Counted from the first letter of the stretch, positions 11,976 to 22,295 are shown. The stretch is DNA of 64,000 bases from an uncultured Pseudomonadota bacterium (GCA_963847705.1 CAWKBC010000034.1:32001-96000), one strand, 5' to 3'. A program made the numbers and translations. Notes: a model not told the origin generated them from the sequence alone.

Positions 11976-12605
11976 ATGAGCCATCGAAAAAACCTGATCC
12001 TCGCACTCGGCGTCACGCTGCTGACGGTGCTGGGCTCCGTCTCGGCCGCCGAGGCCCAAGGATACCCACCCCCTTACTATCCGCCGCCGCCGCCCCCGCC
12101 TCGCGGCGTCTATCGCTCCGGGCTCGTCTTCGGCTTCTCGGGCGGCATCGGTGCGATCCACGTCGATGGCTGTGGCGATGCTTGCGGGGCGGCGGGCGTG
12201 CTGGAGGGTCACATTGGCGGCATGATCAGCCCGCGCGCTGCGGTGATGTTGGAGATCTGGGGAGCTGACCACCCCTGGAGCGCCAGCGGCAACAGTTACG
12301 AGACGATCAACACCTTCTTCACCGGCGCGCTGCAGTACTGGGTCAACGACATCGTCTGGATCAAGGGAGGTCTCGGGCTTGCGGAGATCCGACAGGACAT
12401 CAACGATGACTATGCCGGCTACAGCTACACCTCCAACAGCAGCACGGGCTTCGCGCTGTTCGGCGCGGCGGGGGTCGAAGTGCTTCAGTCGTACAACTTC
12501 GCGCTCGACATCCAGCTGCGCATTGGCAACGGATTCTACAGCGACAGCGGTGGCAGCTTCAGCGCGCAGAACTACGCGCTGATGGTCGGCTTCAACTGGT
12601 ACTGA
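11976..12605 (+). CDS. Small outer-membrane beta-barrel protein with Pro-rich N-terminus
   Basis: AGGAG RBS, signal peptide, amphipathic beta strands, C-terminal aromatic GFNWY. Confidence 0.7.
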   Translation: MSHRKNLILALGVTLLTVLGSVSAAEAQGYPPPYYPPPPPPPRGVYRSGLVFGFSGGIGAIHVDGCGDACGAAGVLEGHIGGMISPRAAVMLEIWGADHPWSASGNSYETINTFFTGALQYWVNDIVWIKGGLGLAEIRQDINDDYAGYSYTSNSSTGFALFGAAGVEVLQSYNFALDIQLRIGNGFYSDSGGSFSAQNYALMVGFNWY

Positions 12606-12655
12606 AAAAAACCACGCCCGAAGATCTCGCCGGGGACCCTGGAGGGTCCCTGGCC

Positions 12656-13957
12656 CTACAGCGAGACGATCTTGTCGGGGTACTGGGCGCGCAGGGCGCG
12701 GGTGGCGTTGCGGGTGTCGACCACCAGCTGGGCGCGCTCGACGAGCGCGGCGTAGTCGACGTTGCGGTGATCGGTGGTGATCACCACGCAGTCGAACCTC
12801 CCGGCCTCTTCCAGCGGCGTGTGCTTCAGCTGGAGCTCGCCGACGCGGATGCTGGGCGCGTACAGATCGCTGTAAGCGACCTCCGCGCCGCGCCGCTGGA
12901 GCAGCTCGATGATGTCCAGCGCCGGTGATTCGCGCACGTCGTCGATGTCGCGCTTGTAGGCCACGCCGCAGATCAAGATCCGCGATCCGCGCACCGCCTT
13001 CCGCCGGGCGTTGAGCGCGTCGGCCACCATGACCGCGACGACCTCGGGCATCGCCGAGTTGATCTCGTCGGCCAGCGTGATGAAGCGGGCGTTGTACTTC
13101 AGCGTCTTCAGCTTCCACGACAGATAGAGCGGATCGATCGGGAGGCAGTGCCCGCCCAATCCGGGGCCGGGATAAAACGGCATGAAGCCAAACGGCTTGG
13201 AGGCCGCCGCCTGCAGCACCTCCCAGGTGTCGAGGCCCAGGCGCCGGCACATGATCGCCACCTCGTTGACGAGGCCGATGTTGACGGCACGGAAGGTGTT
13301 CTCCAGCAGCTTGACCATCTCGGCGCTGTCGGTCGAGGACACCGGGACGATCGTCTCGATGAAGTGCCCGTACATCGCCTGCGCCACCTCGAGGCTCGTG
13401 GGCGAGATGCCGCCCAGCACCTTGGGGGTGTTGTGGGTGAAGAATTTGGGGTTCCCCGGATCGACCCGCTCCGGCGAGAAGGCCAGAAAGAAGTCCTCGT
13501 CGGGCTTGCGGCCGGCCTGCACGAACCGGGGGAGCAGCACCTCGCGGGTGAAGCCGGGGAAGGTGGTGCTCTCGAGGACCACCAGCTGCGGCCGCTTCAT
13601 CCGCGGCGCCAGCATCTCCGCGGCGTCCAGGATGAACGAGTTGTCGGGGTCCTTGGTCTTGTTGAGCGGCGTGGGAACGCAAATGATGACGACGTCCGCG
13701 GCCCACAGCACGTCGGGGTCGGTCGAGGCGTCGAGCGTGCCCGCCTCGACCAGGGGGGCCAGGCTCGCCGACGAGACGTCGTTGACGTAGGAGACGCCTC
13801 GGCCGAGCGACTCCACCTTGTCGACCGACTTGTCATAGGCGGTGATCCTGAAACCGGCCTTGGCCACCTCGACCGCCAGCGGAAGACCGACGTAGCCAGC
13901 GCCGACCACCACGACCTTCGCCGCGCGCGTCTTGATCCGTTCGAGCAGCGTCGTCAT
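12656..13957 (-). CDS. UDP-N-acetylglucosamine 6-dehydrogenase-type nucleotide sugar dehydrogenase (WbpA/TviB-like)
   Basis: GAGYVGLP, CVPTP, ESTTFPG, FSPER, KLLEN, GGHCLPIDP. Confidence 0.92.
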   Translation of the reverse strand: MTTLLERIKTRAAKVVVVGAGYVGLPLAVEVAKAGFRITAYDKSVDKVESLGRGVSYVNDVSSASLAPLVEAGTLDASTDPDVLWAADVVIICVPTPLNKTKDPDNSFILDAAEMLAPRMKRPQLVVLESTTFPGFTREVLLPRFVQAGRKPDEDFFLAFSPERVDPGNPKFFTHNTPKVLGGISPTSLEVAQAMYGHFIETIVPVSSTDSAEMVKLLENTFRAVNIGLVNEVAIMCRRLGLDTWEVLQAAASKPFGFMPFYPGPGLGGHCLPIDPLYLSWKLKTLKYNARFITLADEINSAMPEVVAVMVADALNARRKAVRGSRILICGVAYKRDIDDVRESPALDIIELLQRRGAEVAYSDLYAPSIRVGELQLKHTPLEEAGRFDCVVITTDHRNVDYAALVERAQLVVDTRNATRALRAQYPDKIVSL

Positions 13958-14475
13958 GAGTTGGACTCCAGCTACATTCGCCCGGGCCGCCCGTCAATGC
14001 GAGCGGCGCCGCCCTCACCGACCTCAGTCCGTCCGATGAGAAAGGCCGGCCGGGGATCGCAGATCGAACCCGGGACGACGCGGGACCAGCGCGCGGCCGG
14101 AGGTGTAAGAAAAACAGACAACCTTGGAATATCTATCCATTTTTCGTGCGGAATCTCACGTTGGAGGCGTGCCCACGTTCGGTGAATGATGAAGGCATTT
14201 ATCCCACATATGCGGGAAACTCCTACGAATCGACCAGCGCCGCTGATCGGTCACTTGCCTTGTGATTCTGGCGGAGCTTATGTTCACGGACGCAGGGTGT
14301 TTTTGTGTGGGCAGGGCGCCGTCCGTCCGCGCGGGGTTGGGGTCTTCCGGAATCCGTGGGCGAAGTCCGTTGGGGCGCGCGTCGGCAGTTCGAAACGCTC
14401 CGGTGTCGTACAGGAAGTCTTGACCGCGGGCTCGGCCCGCGGAGTTTCCGTCTAAATTGAAAAAATAAGGAAGCG

Positions 14476-16338
14476 ATGCTTCGGAAACAACCCTACGCGA
14501 TCCTGGCAATTCTTTCGGCGCTCACGGTCGTTCCCGCGTGCGGCAAGGGGAGCTTGAGTGGCGGGTCAGGAGGGAGTGGCAGTGGAAGCGGCGGCCGCGG
14601 CGGTGGCAACGGAACGGGCAGCGGCACCGGCAACGGCGGAAGCAGCTCCGGAGGATCCGGTGGCGGCGTCGACGGCGGCATGGTCACGCAGCCTCCCGTC
14701 TCGGGCCTCAGCCTGTTCGCCGGATCGTCCTGCGGCGGCCCGATCACCGTCGGAAGCTCTCCGGTGCGGCGCCTGTCGCGCATCGAGTACGACAACATGG
14801 TTCGCGACCTCGGGGTCGATCCGAACAACACGCAGCCGGCCACCCAGTTCGTCACGGAGCAGAAGATCGACAACGGCAAGGCCGGTAACTTCAACACCAA
14901 CGCCTATGCCACGATCTCCGGGACGCTGATCAACCAGCAGTATCTGGAAGCGGCCGAAGCGCTGGCGGCCGCCGCGGTCGCGAACAGCAACGTGCTGGCC
15001 GCCCTGCTCCCTTCTTCTTCCTGCGGGACGAAGAACGCCGCCTGCGCGTCGGCCTTCATCACCACCTGGGCCAATCGCGCCTTCCGCGGGCAGCTCGACG
15101 CTGGCGAGACGACGGCGCTCAACACGCTCTACGCCACCGTGAGCGCCCAGTTCGACTTTCCGACCGGCATCCAGGCGGTGATCGAGGCGGTGCTCACCTC
15201 GCCGCGCTTCCTCTTCGTCCTCGAGTTCGGTCAGCCGAGCTCCGACCCCTCCGCCGCCGCGGTTCCGCTGACGCCGATGGAGCTGGCCACCCGCCTGGCG
15301 CTCTACCTGTGGCGCTCCATTCCGGACCAGACCTTGCTCGACGCGGCCAACGGCGTGAACGGCGGCAGCCTGGTCAGCGCCTCCGACGTCGCCACGCAGG
15401 CGACGCGGATGCTCGCCGATCCCAAAGCGACGAGCGCGCTCTCCGACTTCGCCGACCAGTGGCTGGACATCGAGAACATGAACTCGGTCACCAAGGACAC
15501 GCAGTTCACGAAATGGACGTCCAACGTCGCCGCCGACCTCCACACCGAGAGCCTGACCACCTTCACCCAGGCGGTGCTGGGGAACAGCAGCTTCACCTCG
15601 CTGCTCACCTCGGGATCCTCCTACATCAACGGCGATCTGGCCTCGTTCTACGGCCTCTCCGGCAGCCCCACCTTCAGCACCGCGACGACCGTCAACACGG
15701 CGGCCAATCCGCGGATGGGGATCTTGAGCCAGGGGAGCGTGCTGGCCATGCACGCGCACACCTCGCTGCCCTCGCCCACCAAGCGCGGCCGCCTGATCCG
15801 CCAGCAGGTCCTGTGCGAGGAGGTCCCCGACCCGCCCGCCTCGGTCGGGGGCGTGCCGATCCCGCCGCCGCCCGCCAGCATCAGCAGCGGCACGACACGC
15901 GCCGCCTACCTTCAACACGTGTCGGGGAACACCGTGTGCAACAACTGCCACCAGTTCATGGACTGGATCGGGTTCGGCTTCGACAACTACGACGCCACCG
16001 GCGCGTACATCACGCAGGAGAATGCGACCAACGTCGACCCGAGCGGACAGTTCATCCCCTACCCGAACTCCAGCGACATCAGCGGAACCTTCACCGGCAT
16101 GACCGACATGATGACCCAGCTGTCGAAGAGCGAGCAGGTCGACCAGTGCTTCGCGCTGGAGGAGCTTCGCTACGCGCTCCTCCGCTCGGAGACCACCGAA
16201 GACGCCTGCTCGGCGCAGCAGATCTACCAGGCCTTTTCGGGAAGCAACTTCAGCATCTCGAAGCTCCTCGTCGCCGTGGTGAGCAGCAATTCGTTCATGT
16301 ACCGCACGCCGGTGAGCGCGGGCCAAGCCTGTCAATAG
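14476..16338 (+). CDS. DUF1592/DUF1588/DUF1595-type lipoprotein with a single CxxCH heme-c motif
   Basis: Lipobox VPAC, Gly-rich linker, RRLSRIEYDN, LTSPRFLF, SPTKRG, CNNCH, FDNYDATG. Confidence 0.85.
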   Translation: MLRKQPYAILAILSALTVVPACGKGSLSGGSGGSGSGSGGRGGGNGTGSGTGNGGSSSGGSGGGVDGGMVTQPPVSGLSLFAGSSCGGPITVGSSPVRRLSRIEYDNMVRDLGVDPNNTQPATQFVTEQKIDNGKAGNFNTNAYATISGTLINQQYLEAAEALAAAAVANSNVLAALLPSSSCGTKNAACASAFITTWANRAFRGQLDAGETTALNTLYATVSAQFDFPTGIQAVIEAVLTSPRFLFVLEFGQPSSDPSAAAVPLTPMELATRLALYLWRSIPDQTLLDAANGVNGGSLVSASDVATQATRMLADPKATSALSDFADQWLDIENMNSVTKDTQFTKWTSNVAADLHTESLTTFTQAVLGNSSFTSLLTSGSSYINGDLASFYGLSGSPTFSTATTVNTAANPRMGILSQGSVLAMHAHTSLPSPTKRGRLIRQQVLCEEVPDPPASVGGVPIPPPPASISSGTTRAAYLQHVSGNTVCNNCHQFMDWIGFGFDNYDATGAYITQENATNVDPSGQFIPYPNSSDISGTFTGMTDMMTQLSKSEQVDQCFALEELRYALLRSETTEDACSAQQIYQAFSGSNFSISKLLVAVVSSNSFMYRTPVSAGQACQ

Positions 16339-16356
16339 ATCAACGAAAGCCTGTCT

Positions 16357-17904
16357 ATGAACAAACGCAAAATACAGCTTGAACGGAGACACTTCCTGCA
16401 GCTGGTGGGCGCCTCCGCCCTCACCTATCCCTTCCTGCGCGGTGTCCCCAGCTACGCCGCCGCCAGCGGAAGCGCGCCGACCTACCTGGTCTTGGTGTTC
16501 ACCCCTTGTGGCTGCGTCCGCCCGGTCTGGGGTGCCACCGACATGAGCGGGGCGTCGATCCCCCGTCCGGCTTCCGGCGCGGCGCCGACGCTCACCAGCA
16601 ACTTCAAGTTCCGCAGCACGCTCGCCCCGTTCGCCACGGGGGGGACCGTCGGGGGCAGCTCCTGGACGACGAACTTGCAGTCCAAGGTGCTGGTCCTCGA
16701 CGGCCTCAACAACAAGGCGGCCCAGGGATCGCACGAGGCGGGCATGGCGTCGCTCTGGACCGGTCAGATCTCCACGGGCAATCAGGCGACGAGCATCAGC
16801 ATCGATCAGCAGATCAGCGCCCTGCTCAAGGCCGGCACGGCGCTCCCGTCGATCCAGCTGATGGTCCGCGACCCCGCCGACTTCACCGATCGCGAGGTGA
16901 AGACGCGCATGCTCTACAACGCGGCCGGCGTCTTCGTCGATCCGATCGACGATCCGACCACCGCGGCGTCGACCTTCTTTCCGGCCATGTCTTCGACCAA
17001 CACGGGGCCGGACAAGACGACGTTCATCCGGCAGCAGCTGTTCGGCAGCGGGACGCAGGCGGGCGAGCTCAACAGCGAGCTGAACAATCTGATGCCCAAG
17101 CTCTGCACCCAGGACCGCACCCAGCTGCAGGCGTTGCAGGACGGCTGGAACAACCTCTACACGCAGCTGCAGGCGGCGGCGACCGCGTCGGCGAAGTGCA
17201 CGCCGCCCGGGGCGATCAGCGTCAGCACCGACTTCCCCACCAACGCCAAGCAGCAGATGGACATCCTGGCGCTGGCGCTGGCCTGCGATCTCACCCGGGT
17301 GGCGAGCCTGCAGTTCTCCACGTCCACCAGCCAGGTGACGCACAGCTGGCTCAGCACCAGCCAGAACCCCCAGAACAACAGCCACCACAACTTCTCGCAC
17401 ATGGGCCCGACCTACCTGGGCGCGCTCGCCATGTGCCAGGGCTACAACAACATGGGCCAGTGCACGGGCGTCACCGACATGTACAGCGCCAGCAACGTGA
17501 ACCTCTATCAGAGCGCTCCCCAGCAGGAAGCGATCGACCAGTTTTACGCCACGCAGGTCGCCTACCTGGCGCAGAAGCTCAATGGGCTCTCGGGTGCCAA
17601 CGGCGGCTCGCTGCTCGATCAGTCGGTGCTCTGCTGGGGGAACGAGCTCGACATGGGGGCGGCCCACAACCACGACGACACGCCGTTCGTCCTGGTGGGC
17701 GGCGCCAATGGTCAGCTCAAGACCGGCAACCTGGTGACCTTCCCGCTCGATCTCGTCGACGGCAGCGAGGCCACCGCCGCGATGAACGACCGGTCGCACA
17801 ACGATCTGCTCCTCACGCTGGCGAAGGTGATGGGCACGCCGATGACCACCTTTGGCGAGCCGACCTACTGCACCGGTCCGATCACGCAGATCCTGAACTC
17901 GTAG
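16357..17904 (+). CDS. DUF1552 (HXXSHH) family protein, Tat substrate
   Basis: ERRHFL Tat motif, SIDQ, LALACDLTRVAS, HHNFSH, SLLDQS. Usual partner of DUF1592. Confidence 0.85.
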   Translation: MNKRKIQLERRHFLQLVGASALTYPFLRGVPSYAAASGSAPTYLVLVFTPCGCVRPVWGATDMSGASIPRPASGAAPTLTSNFKFRSTLAPFATGGTVGGSSWTTNLQSKVLVLDGLNNKAAQGSHEAGMASLWTGQISTGNQATSISIDQQISALLKAGTALPSIQLMVRDPADFTDREVKTRMLYNAAGVFVDPIDDPTTAASTFFPAMSSTNTGPDKTTFIRQQLFGSGTQAGELNSELNNLMPKLCTQDRTQLQALQDGWNNLYTQLQAAATASAKCTPPGAISVSTDFPTNAKQQMDILALALACDLTRVASLQFSTSTSQVTHSWLSTSQNPQNNSHHNFSHMGPTYLGALAMCQGYNNMGQCTGVTDMYSASNVNLYQSAPQQEAIDQFYATQVAYLAQKLNGLSGANGGSLLDQSVLCWGNELDMGAAHNHDDTPFVLVGGANGQLKTGNLVTFPLDLVDGSEATAAMNDRSHNDLLLTLAKVMGTPMTTFGEPTYCTGPITQILNS

Positions 17905-17992
17905 TCGGGAGCTCCGGGGCAAGTGCGCGGGCCGCTCCGGTGCCGGCGCGGGCCCGCGAGGATCAGGGAACCTGGATCCTGTCAGGTGCCCG

Positions 17993-18733
17993 TCAGGTGC
18001 CACCACCCCGCAGCATCACCAGCGGGGTGCGGAGCAAGACCGAGACCTCGAGCTGCACGAAGGTGCGCAGATCCTCCATCGCCGCCGTGTAGGCCAGGTC
18101 ATAGAGCAGCTTCATGCGCATGTGATCGGCCAGGGCGTCCTCCGCCCCGTCCACCTTGAAGGGGTTGGTCAGATCGTGCTCGAACAGATCGAGCTCGCTG
18201 CCGGGCGGCGGCTTGCCGCTATAGCCCAGCGTCACCTGCGCCAGGCCGGTGATGCCGGGCTTCACGTCGCGCATCCGTTCCTCGAAGTAGGGGATGGCGT
18301 GCGCGAGCTGCTGGGCCAGCTCCGGGCGTTCCGGGCGCGGGCCGACGATGCTCATGTCGCCGAGGAAGACGTTGATGAACTGCGGCACCTCGTCGATCCG
18401 CGTCTTGCGCAAGAACCGACCGACGCGGGTGACGCGGGGATCGTCCTCGCTGGCCAGGACCGGCCCGGTGAGCTCCTCCGCGTCGGGGCGCATCGAGCGG
18501 AACTTGAGCATCGAAAATTCCCGGAACTTGGGGCTGTCGTCCTCCTCGGAGGAGGAGTCGTCCGATGTGCGCACGAGCTGCCCGGCGCGGCGCTGGCGAA
18601 TAAAAATGGTTCCCGGCGAATCGAGGTAGACTGCCGCGGCGATCAGAGGGAAAAAGGGTGCAGTGATGGCCAGGCCGAGAAGCGAGCCCGCGACGTCGAT
18701 CAGTCTTTTTACGACGCGAACCGACCGGACCAC
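17993..18733 (-). CDS. Bacterial sugar transferase (priming phosphoglycosyltransferase)
   Basis: [38 protein letters not shown]. Confidence 0.9.
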   Translation of the reverse strand: MVRSVRVVKRLIDVAGSLLGLAITAPFFPLIAAAVYLDSPGTIFIRQRRAGQLVRTSDDSSSEEDDSPKFREFSMLKFRSMRPDAEELTGPVLASEDDPRVTRVGRFLRKTRIDEVPQFINVFLGDMSIVGPRPERPELAQQLAHAIPYFEERMRDVKPGITGLAQVTLGYSGKPPPGSELDLFEHDLTNPFKVDGAEDALADHMRMKLLYDLAYTAAMEDLRTFVQLEVSVLLRTPLVMLRGGGT

Positions 18734-18809
18734 GCCGTTAGGCTACACCGAAACGCCAAGCCTCCGATATGACACGGAAGATGGAGCGCCCGCCGACGAG
18801 GCTGCCGCC

Positions 18810-19322
18810 TTGATTCGCCTCCAGCTGCTCGGAATATTGGAGCACCGGGACGTTGCCCTTCGTGCGGTGTCGACGGCGTGCAAGTTGGTGACGCCCCGCC
18901 CGCAGGGGCGAGCATGGAACAATTTTCAAATGCAGGTGGTCTCCGCCGTCGGCGAGGCATTCAACAACATCGTTCTCCACGGGTACGCGAACCGGCAGAC
19001 AGCGGTGCGGGCCCCGGAGCAGGTCCCGCGGCGGCAGCTCCGGGAACAGCAAGTCCGGGAACAGATCGGCAGCATCGATCTGCGAATCCAAACCCGCCGC
19101 GGCCACATCAGGATAGAGCTGCGCGATTGGGGATCCGGCTTCGATCCGACGCGGGTTCCCCCTCCGGCGTTCGACACCCTCCCCGAGTCCGGCCTCGGCC
19201 TCTTCATCATGCAATCCTTCATGGAAATGGCGTACCGTCCCGGCCGCCCCAACCTGCTCACCCTGAGCAAGCGCTACGTCGAACGCTCGAGCGCCGTCCG
19301 CAAGAGCGAAGGTGCAACATGA
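18810..19322 (+). CDS. Anti-sigma factor / RsbW-like Ser/Thr kinase (HATPase_c_2)
   Basis: EAFNNIVLHGY N-box, DWGSGFD G1, ESGLGLFIM G2. TTG start with GAGG upstream (start uncertain). Confidence 0.85.
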   Translation: MIRLQLLGILEHRDVALRAVSTACKLVTPRPQGRAWNNFQMQVVSAVGEAFNNIVLHGYANRQTAVRAPEQVPRRQLREQQVREQIGSIDLRIQTRRGHIRIELRDWGSGFDPTRVPPPAFDTLPESGLGLFIMQSFMEMAYRPGRPNLLTLSKRYVERSSAVRKSEGAT

Positions 19323-19669
19323 GATTCGAGATCAAGGCAGCCACTGGCGTCACGCACCTCGCCATCGAAGGCGAGCTCGATGCCGTCAGCGTGTCGGAGC
19401 TGCGCCCCGATCTCGAGAAGCTGGTCAAGGGCCGGCCGACCGTCGTGGAGGTCGATCTGTCTTCGCTCCGTATGGTCGACAGCTCTGGAATCGGCGCGCT
19501 GGTCTCGCTCTACAAGCGCGTCAGGGCACAGGGCGGAACGGTCGTCATCAAGGGGCTGCGCGACCAGCCGCTGGCGATCTTCCGGCTGCTTCGTCTCGAT
19601 CGCGTGATGCTGGGCGCTGACACCCGGAGTCCGCCTCCGGCGCACAAGCAATCCAAATCCCGCCACTAG
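19319..19669 (+). CDS. STAS-domain anti-sigma factor antagonist (RsbV-like)
   Basis: GELD, DLSSLRMVDSSGIGALV phosphorylation-site motif. ATGA overlap with the RsbW-like gene. Confidence 0.9.
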   Translation: MRFEIKAATGVTHLAIEGELDAVSVSELRPDLEKLVKGRPTVVEVDLSSLRMVDSSGIGALVSLYKRVRAQGGTVVIKGLRDQPLAIFRLLRLDRVMLGADTRSPPPAHKQSKSRH

Positions 19670-19750
19670 AAACTCCCACCACTAGAAGCTCCCACCACTG
19701 GAAGCTCCCACCACTGGAAGCTCCCACCACCAGACACTCCCACCACTGGA
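19663..19750. repeat. Tandem array, 16-bp unit CCACT(A/G)GAAGCTCCCA, ~5.5 copies
   Basis: Units start at 19663, 19679, 19695, 19711, 19727 and 19743 (partial). Confidence 0.95.
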
Positions 19751-19934
19751 CTTCGCCTCCTCCAGAACCATCTCCTGGTGGTGCGCTGCAACACCGTGAA
19801 ACCACGACGCACTTTGGCGAAAAATCTGTCGTTCCTGAACTGTCACCCAGGATACGGTTTTGAATGGCGTAGGATCATGGGCTCGGCTACCTTAGGCACA
19901 CGGTGGGTTTGCGTATCAGGTGTCGGGGATATAG

Positions 19935-21203
19935 ATGAAAATGGACTCCAGTCCGATGGCCGTGACCTCGCCGCTTCTCGTCGACGCATCGCTCAGTGAG
20001 CCGACCGGGCCCAACCCGGTCAGCCAGGCGGTCGCCGCGCTCGGCGATCCGGAGTCACCGTCAGAGCTCGCCCAGCGGCTCGCGGTCGTCGTCGCGATGC
20101 TCTGGCCGCAGATCGCCGATGCGGATCTGTTCCTGCCCGAGAAAGGGCGTCCGCTGCGCGGCGTCCGTGACGCGCGCGCTGGCGCCGGGCTGCTGGCCAC
20201 CTTGAACGCGGTGTGGGGACCGATCGCCGCGCGCGGCCTCATGCCGGTGACCCCCACCCTTCTTCCTGGCGACGCCGCGACCGGACGCGGTTCGACGATG
20301 TCGACGCCGATCTTCGCCGGCAAGTCGCTGGAGGGGTTCCTGGTCGTGCAGCGGCAGGCCGACGGACCAGCCTTCACGATCGCCGACCTCGAAGGTCTCG
20401 CCCTGCTGGGTGAGGGGGTGGGCGGCATTCTCCCGCGCTGCCGCGCCCATGTTTCGTCGGCGACGATCTCCTGGCTGGAACAGGACCTGGCGGCCGCGGG
20501 AACGGTCCAACGGACCTTCTTGCCAGAACCAATCGGCGAGAACTCGGCCGGTGTTCGCGTCGTGACCGAGTACATGCCGGCCTACGCGGTCGGCGGCGAT
20601 TTCTACGACTTCATCGATCTGGGCAACGGCCGGGTGATGGGTGTCATCGGCGACGTCTCGGGCAAGGGCGTCACGGCAGCCCTCACCATGGGGCGCGTCA
20701 GCGCCGACATCCGCCGGATGGCCACCGAGGTCTCGGGCCCCGCGGAGCTGCTGGAGCGGCTCAATCACACCCTCTCGGTCCGCATGCAAGACGACCGCTT
20801 CGTGACGGCGCTCTGCGTGCTGCTCGACGCTCCGAACAAGAAGTGGATCTTCGCCAACGCCGGCCACGTGCTGCCGCTCTTGCGCCGTTCGACCGGGGTG
20901 GTGTCGCGCGTCGCGTACTCTTCGGGGCCGCCGCTCGGCATCGTGGCGCACGCGCAGTACCGCGAGGAGACGATCTCCGTCGCCGCCCGGGACATCCTGC
21001 TGCTCGCCACCGACGGCGTGTTCGAGATCCTCTCGGCGCCGCGGCGCCCCTGCTCGACGATGGGGCAGTGCCAGTTCACGGAGCTGGTCGGCAGCGCCCC
21101 CCACGACATCGGCGAGATCAGCCGGCGCATCGTCGCCACGGCCCAGGAAGCGACCAACGGCCGCGACGATCTGGCGCTGCTTGGCATGCAGATCGCCGGC
21201 TGA
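19935..21203 (+). CDS. PP2C/SpoIIE-family phosphatase (RsbU-like) with degenerate GAF-like N-terminus
   Basis: VGGDFYD, IGDVSGKG, NAGH, TDG, DD motifs. Confidence 0.9.
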   Translation: MKMDSSPMAVTSPLLVDASLSEPTGPNPVSQAVAALGDPESPSELAQRLAVVVAMLWPQIADADLFLPEKGRPLRGVRDARAGAGLLATLNAVWGPIAARGLMPVTPTLLPGDAATGRGSTMSTPIFAGKSLEGFLVVQRQADGPAFTIADLEGLALLGEGVGGILPRCRAHVSSATISWLEQDLAAAGTVQRTFLPEPIGENSAGVRVVTEYMPAYAVGGDFYDFIDLGNGRVMGVIGDVSGKGVTAALTMGRVSADIRRMATEVSGPAELLERLNHTLSVRMQDDRFVTALCVLLDAPNKKWIFANAGHVLPLLRRSTGVVSRVAYSSGPPLGIVAHAQYREETISVAARDILLLATDGVFEILSAPRRPCSTMGQCQFTELVGSAPHDIGEISRRIVATAQEATNGRDDLALLGMQIAG

Positions 21204-21259
21204 AGCCAGCCCAGCGCCGACCGCGGCCAGGGACCACCAAAACGCGGCTTCCCGGCCGC

Positions 21260-22198
21260 TCAGGCCCGACCGGCGTACCAGGCGACCGTGCGCCGCAGCC
21301 CCTCGCTGAACGAGATCGCGCCGCGGTAGCCGAGGCGCTCGCGCGCGGCGCTGACGTCGGCCAGCGAGTGCTTGACGTCGCCCACCCGCCCCGGGACGTA
21401 GGTGATCGGAACGGCGTGCCCCACGATCTCGCCGACCAGCCTGATCACGTCGTTCAGATTGATGGCGGCGCCGCAGGCGACGTTGAAGACGCTCCCTGAA
21501 ACACCGGAAGCCGTCGCCGCCGCCAGGTTCGCCTCGACCGTGTTGTCGATGAAGCAGAAGTCGCGCGACTGCGTGCCGTCGCCGTAGATGGTGACCCCCT
21601 GGCCGGCGAGCGCGGTGGTCACGAAGCGCGGGATGACGGCGGCGTACTCCGAATTCGGATCCTGGTGAGGGCCGAAGACGTTGAAGTAGCGCAGGCAGAC
21701 GGTCTCGAGGCCGTAGGCGCCGGCGAATACCTGGCAGTAGTGCTCGCCCGCAAGCTTCGAGACGGCATAGGGAGAGAGCGGCATCGGCCGCATCGTCTCG
21801 ACCTTCGGCAGCGTCGGCGTGTCGCCGTAGGCCGACGAAGAGGCCGCGTAGATGACACGCCGGACGCCCGCGCGCTTGGCGGCCTGGAGCAACTGGAGCG
21901 TCCCGGTGGCGTTGGCTTGGTGGCTCCTGATCGGATCGGCCAGGGAGCGCGGCACGGAAGGGACGGCCGCTTCGTGAAACACGAGCTCGATGCCGGCCAG
22001 CGCGCTGGCGAGCGCCGCCTCATCCCGGATGTCGGCCTCGATGAGCTCGATGTCTTTGCTGATGTCGGCAAGGTTCTCGCGGCGCCCCGAGGAGAGGTCG
22101 TCGATCACACGCACCCGCTCGCCACGGGCGACCAGCGCGCGCGCCAGGGACGACCCGATGAAGCCGGCGCCACCGGTGACGAGACAGGGGGTGGGCAC
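21260..22198 (-). CDS. NAD-dependent nucleotide-sugar 4-epimerase (WbpP-like)
   Basis: TGGAGFIGS, SVPRS, YAVSK, RYFNVFGP, SRDF. Confidence 0.92.
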   Translation of the reverse strand: MPTPCLVTGGAGFIGSSLARALVARGERVRVIDDLSSGRRENLADISKDIELIEADIRDEAALASALAGIELVFHEAAVPSVPRSLADPIRSHQANATGTLQLLQAAKRAGVRRVIYAASSSAYGDTPTLPKVETMRPMPLSPYAVSKLAGEHYCQVFAGAYGLETVCLRYFNVFGPHQDPNSEYAAVIPRFVTTALAGQGVTIYGDGTQSRDFCFIDNTVEANLAAATASGVSGSVFNVACGAAINLNDVIRLVGEIVGHAVPITYVPGRVGDVKHSLADVSAARERLGYRGAISFSEGLRRTVAWYAGRA

Positions 22199-22295
22199 GC
22201 GGCAAACGCTAGCTGATGCTCCGGCCGATTCCCAGCGCCCAACCTGGCGCGCGCAACCGGGCGCCTGGTCACTCCGAAGACGCCGGGTGGGTCCC

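Noticed and set aside
13958-14475. Riboswitch or small ORF in the long intergenic region
   Set aside because: No recognisable aptamer consensus; the short ORFs lack GC3 bias and an RBS.
14566-18006. 1146-aa minus-strand ORF and other very long antisense ORFs (e.g. 22404..24791, 57495..59822, 37577..39811)
   Set aside because: These are shadow ORFs opposite well-supported genes, expected from stop-codon scarcity at high GC.
19663-19750. Possible CRISPR or iteron origin
   Set aside because: The unit is only 16 bp with no spacers, and there is no rep or cas gene or AT-rich unwinding region.
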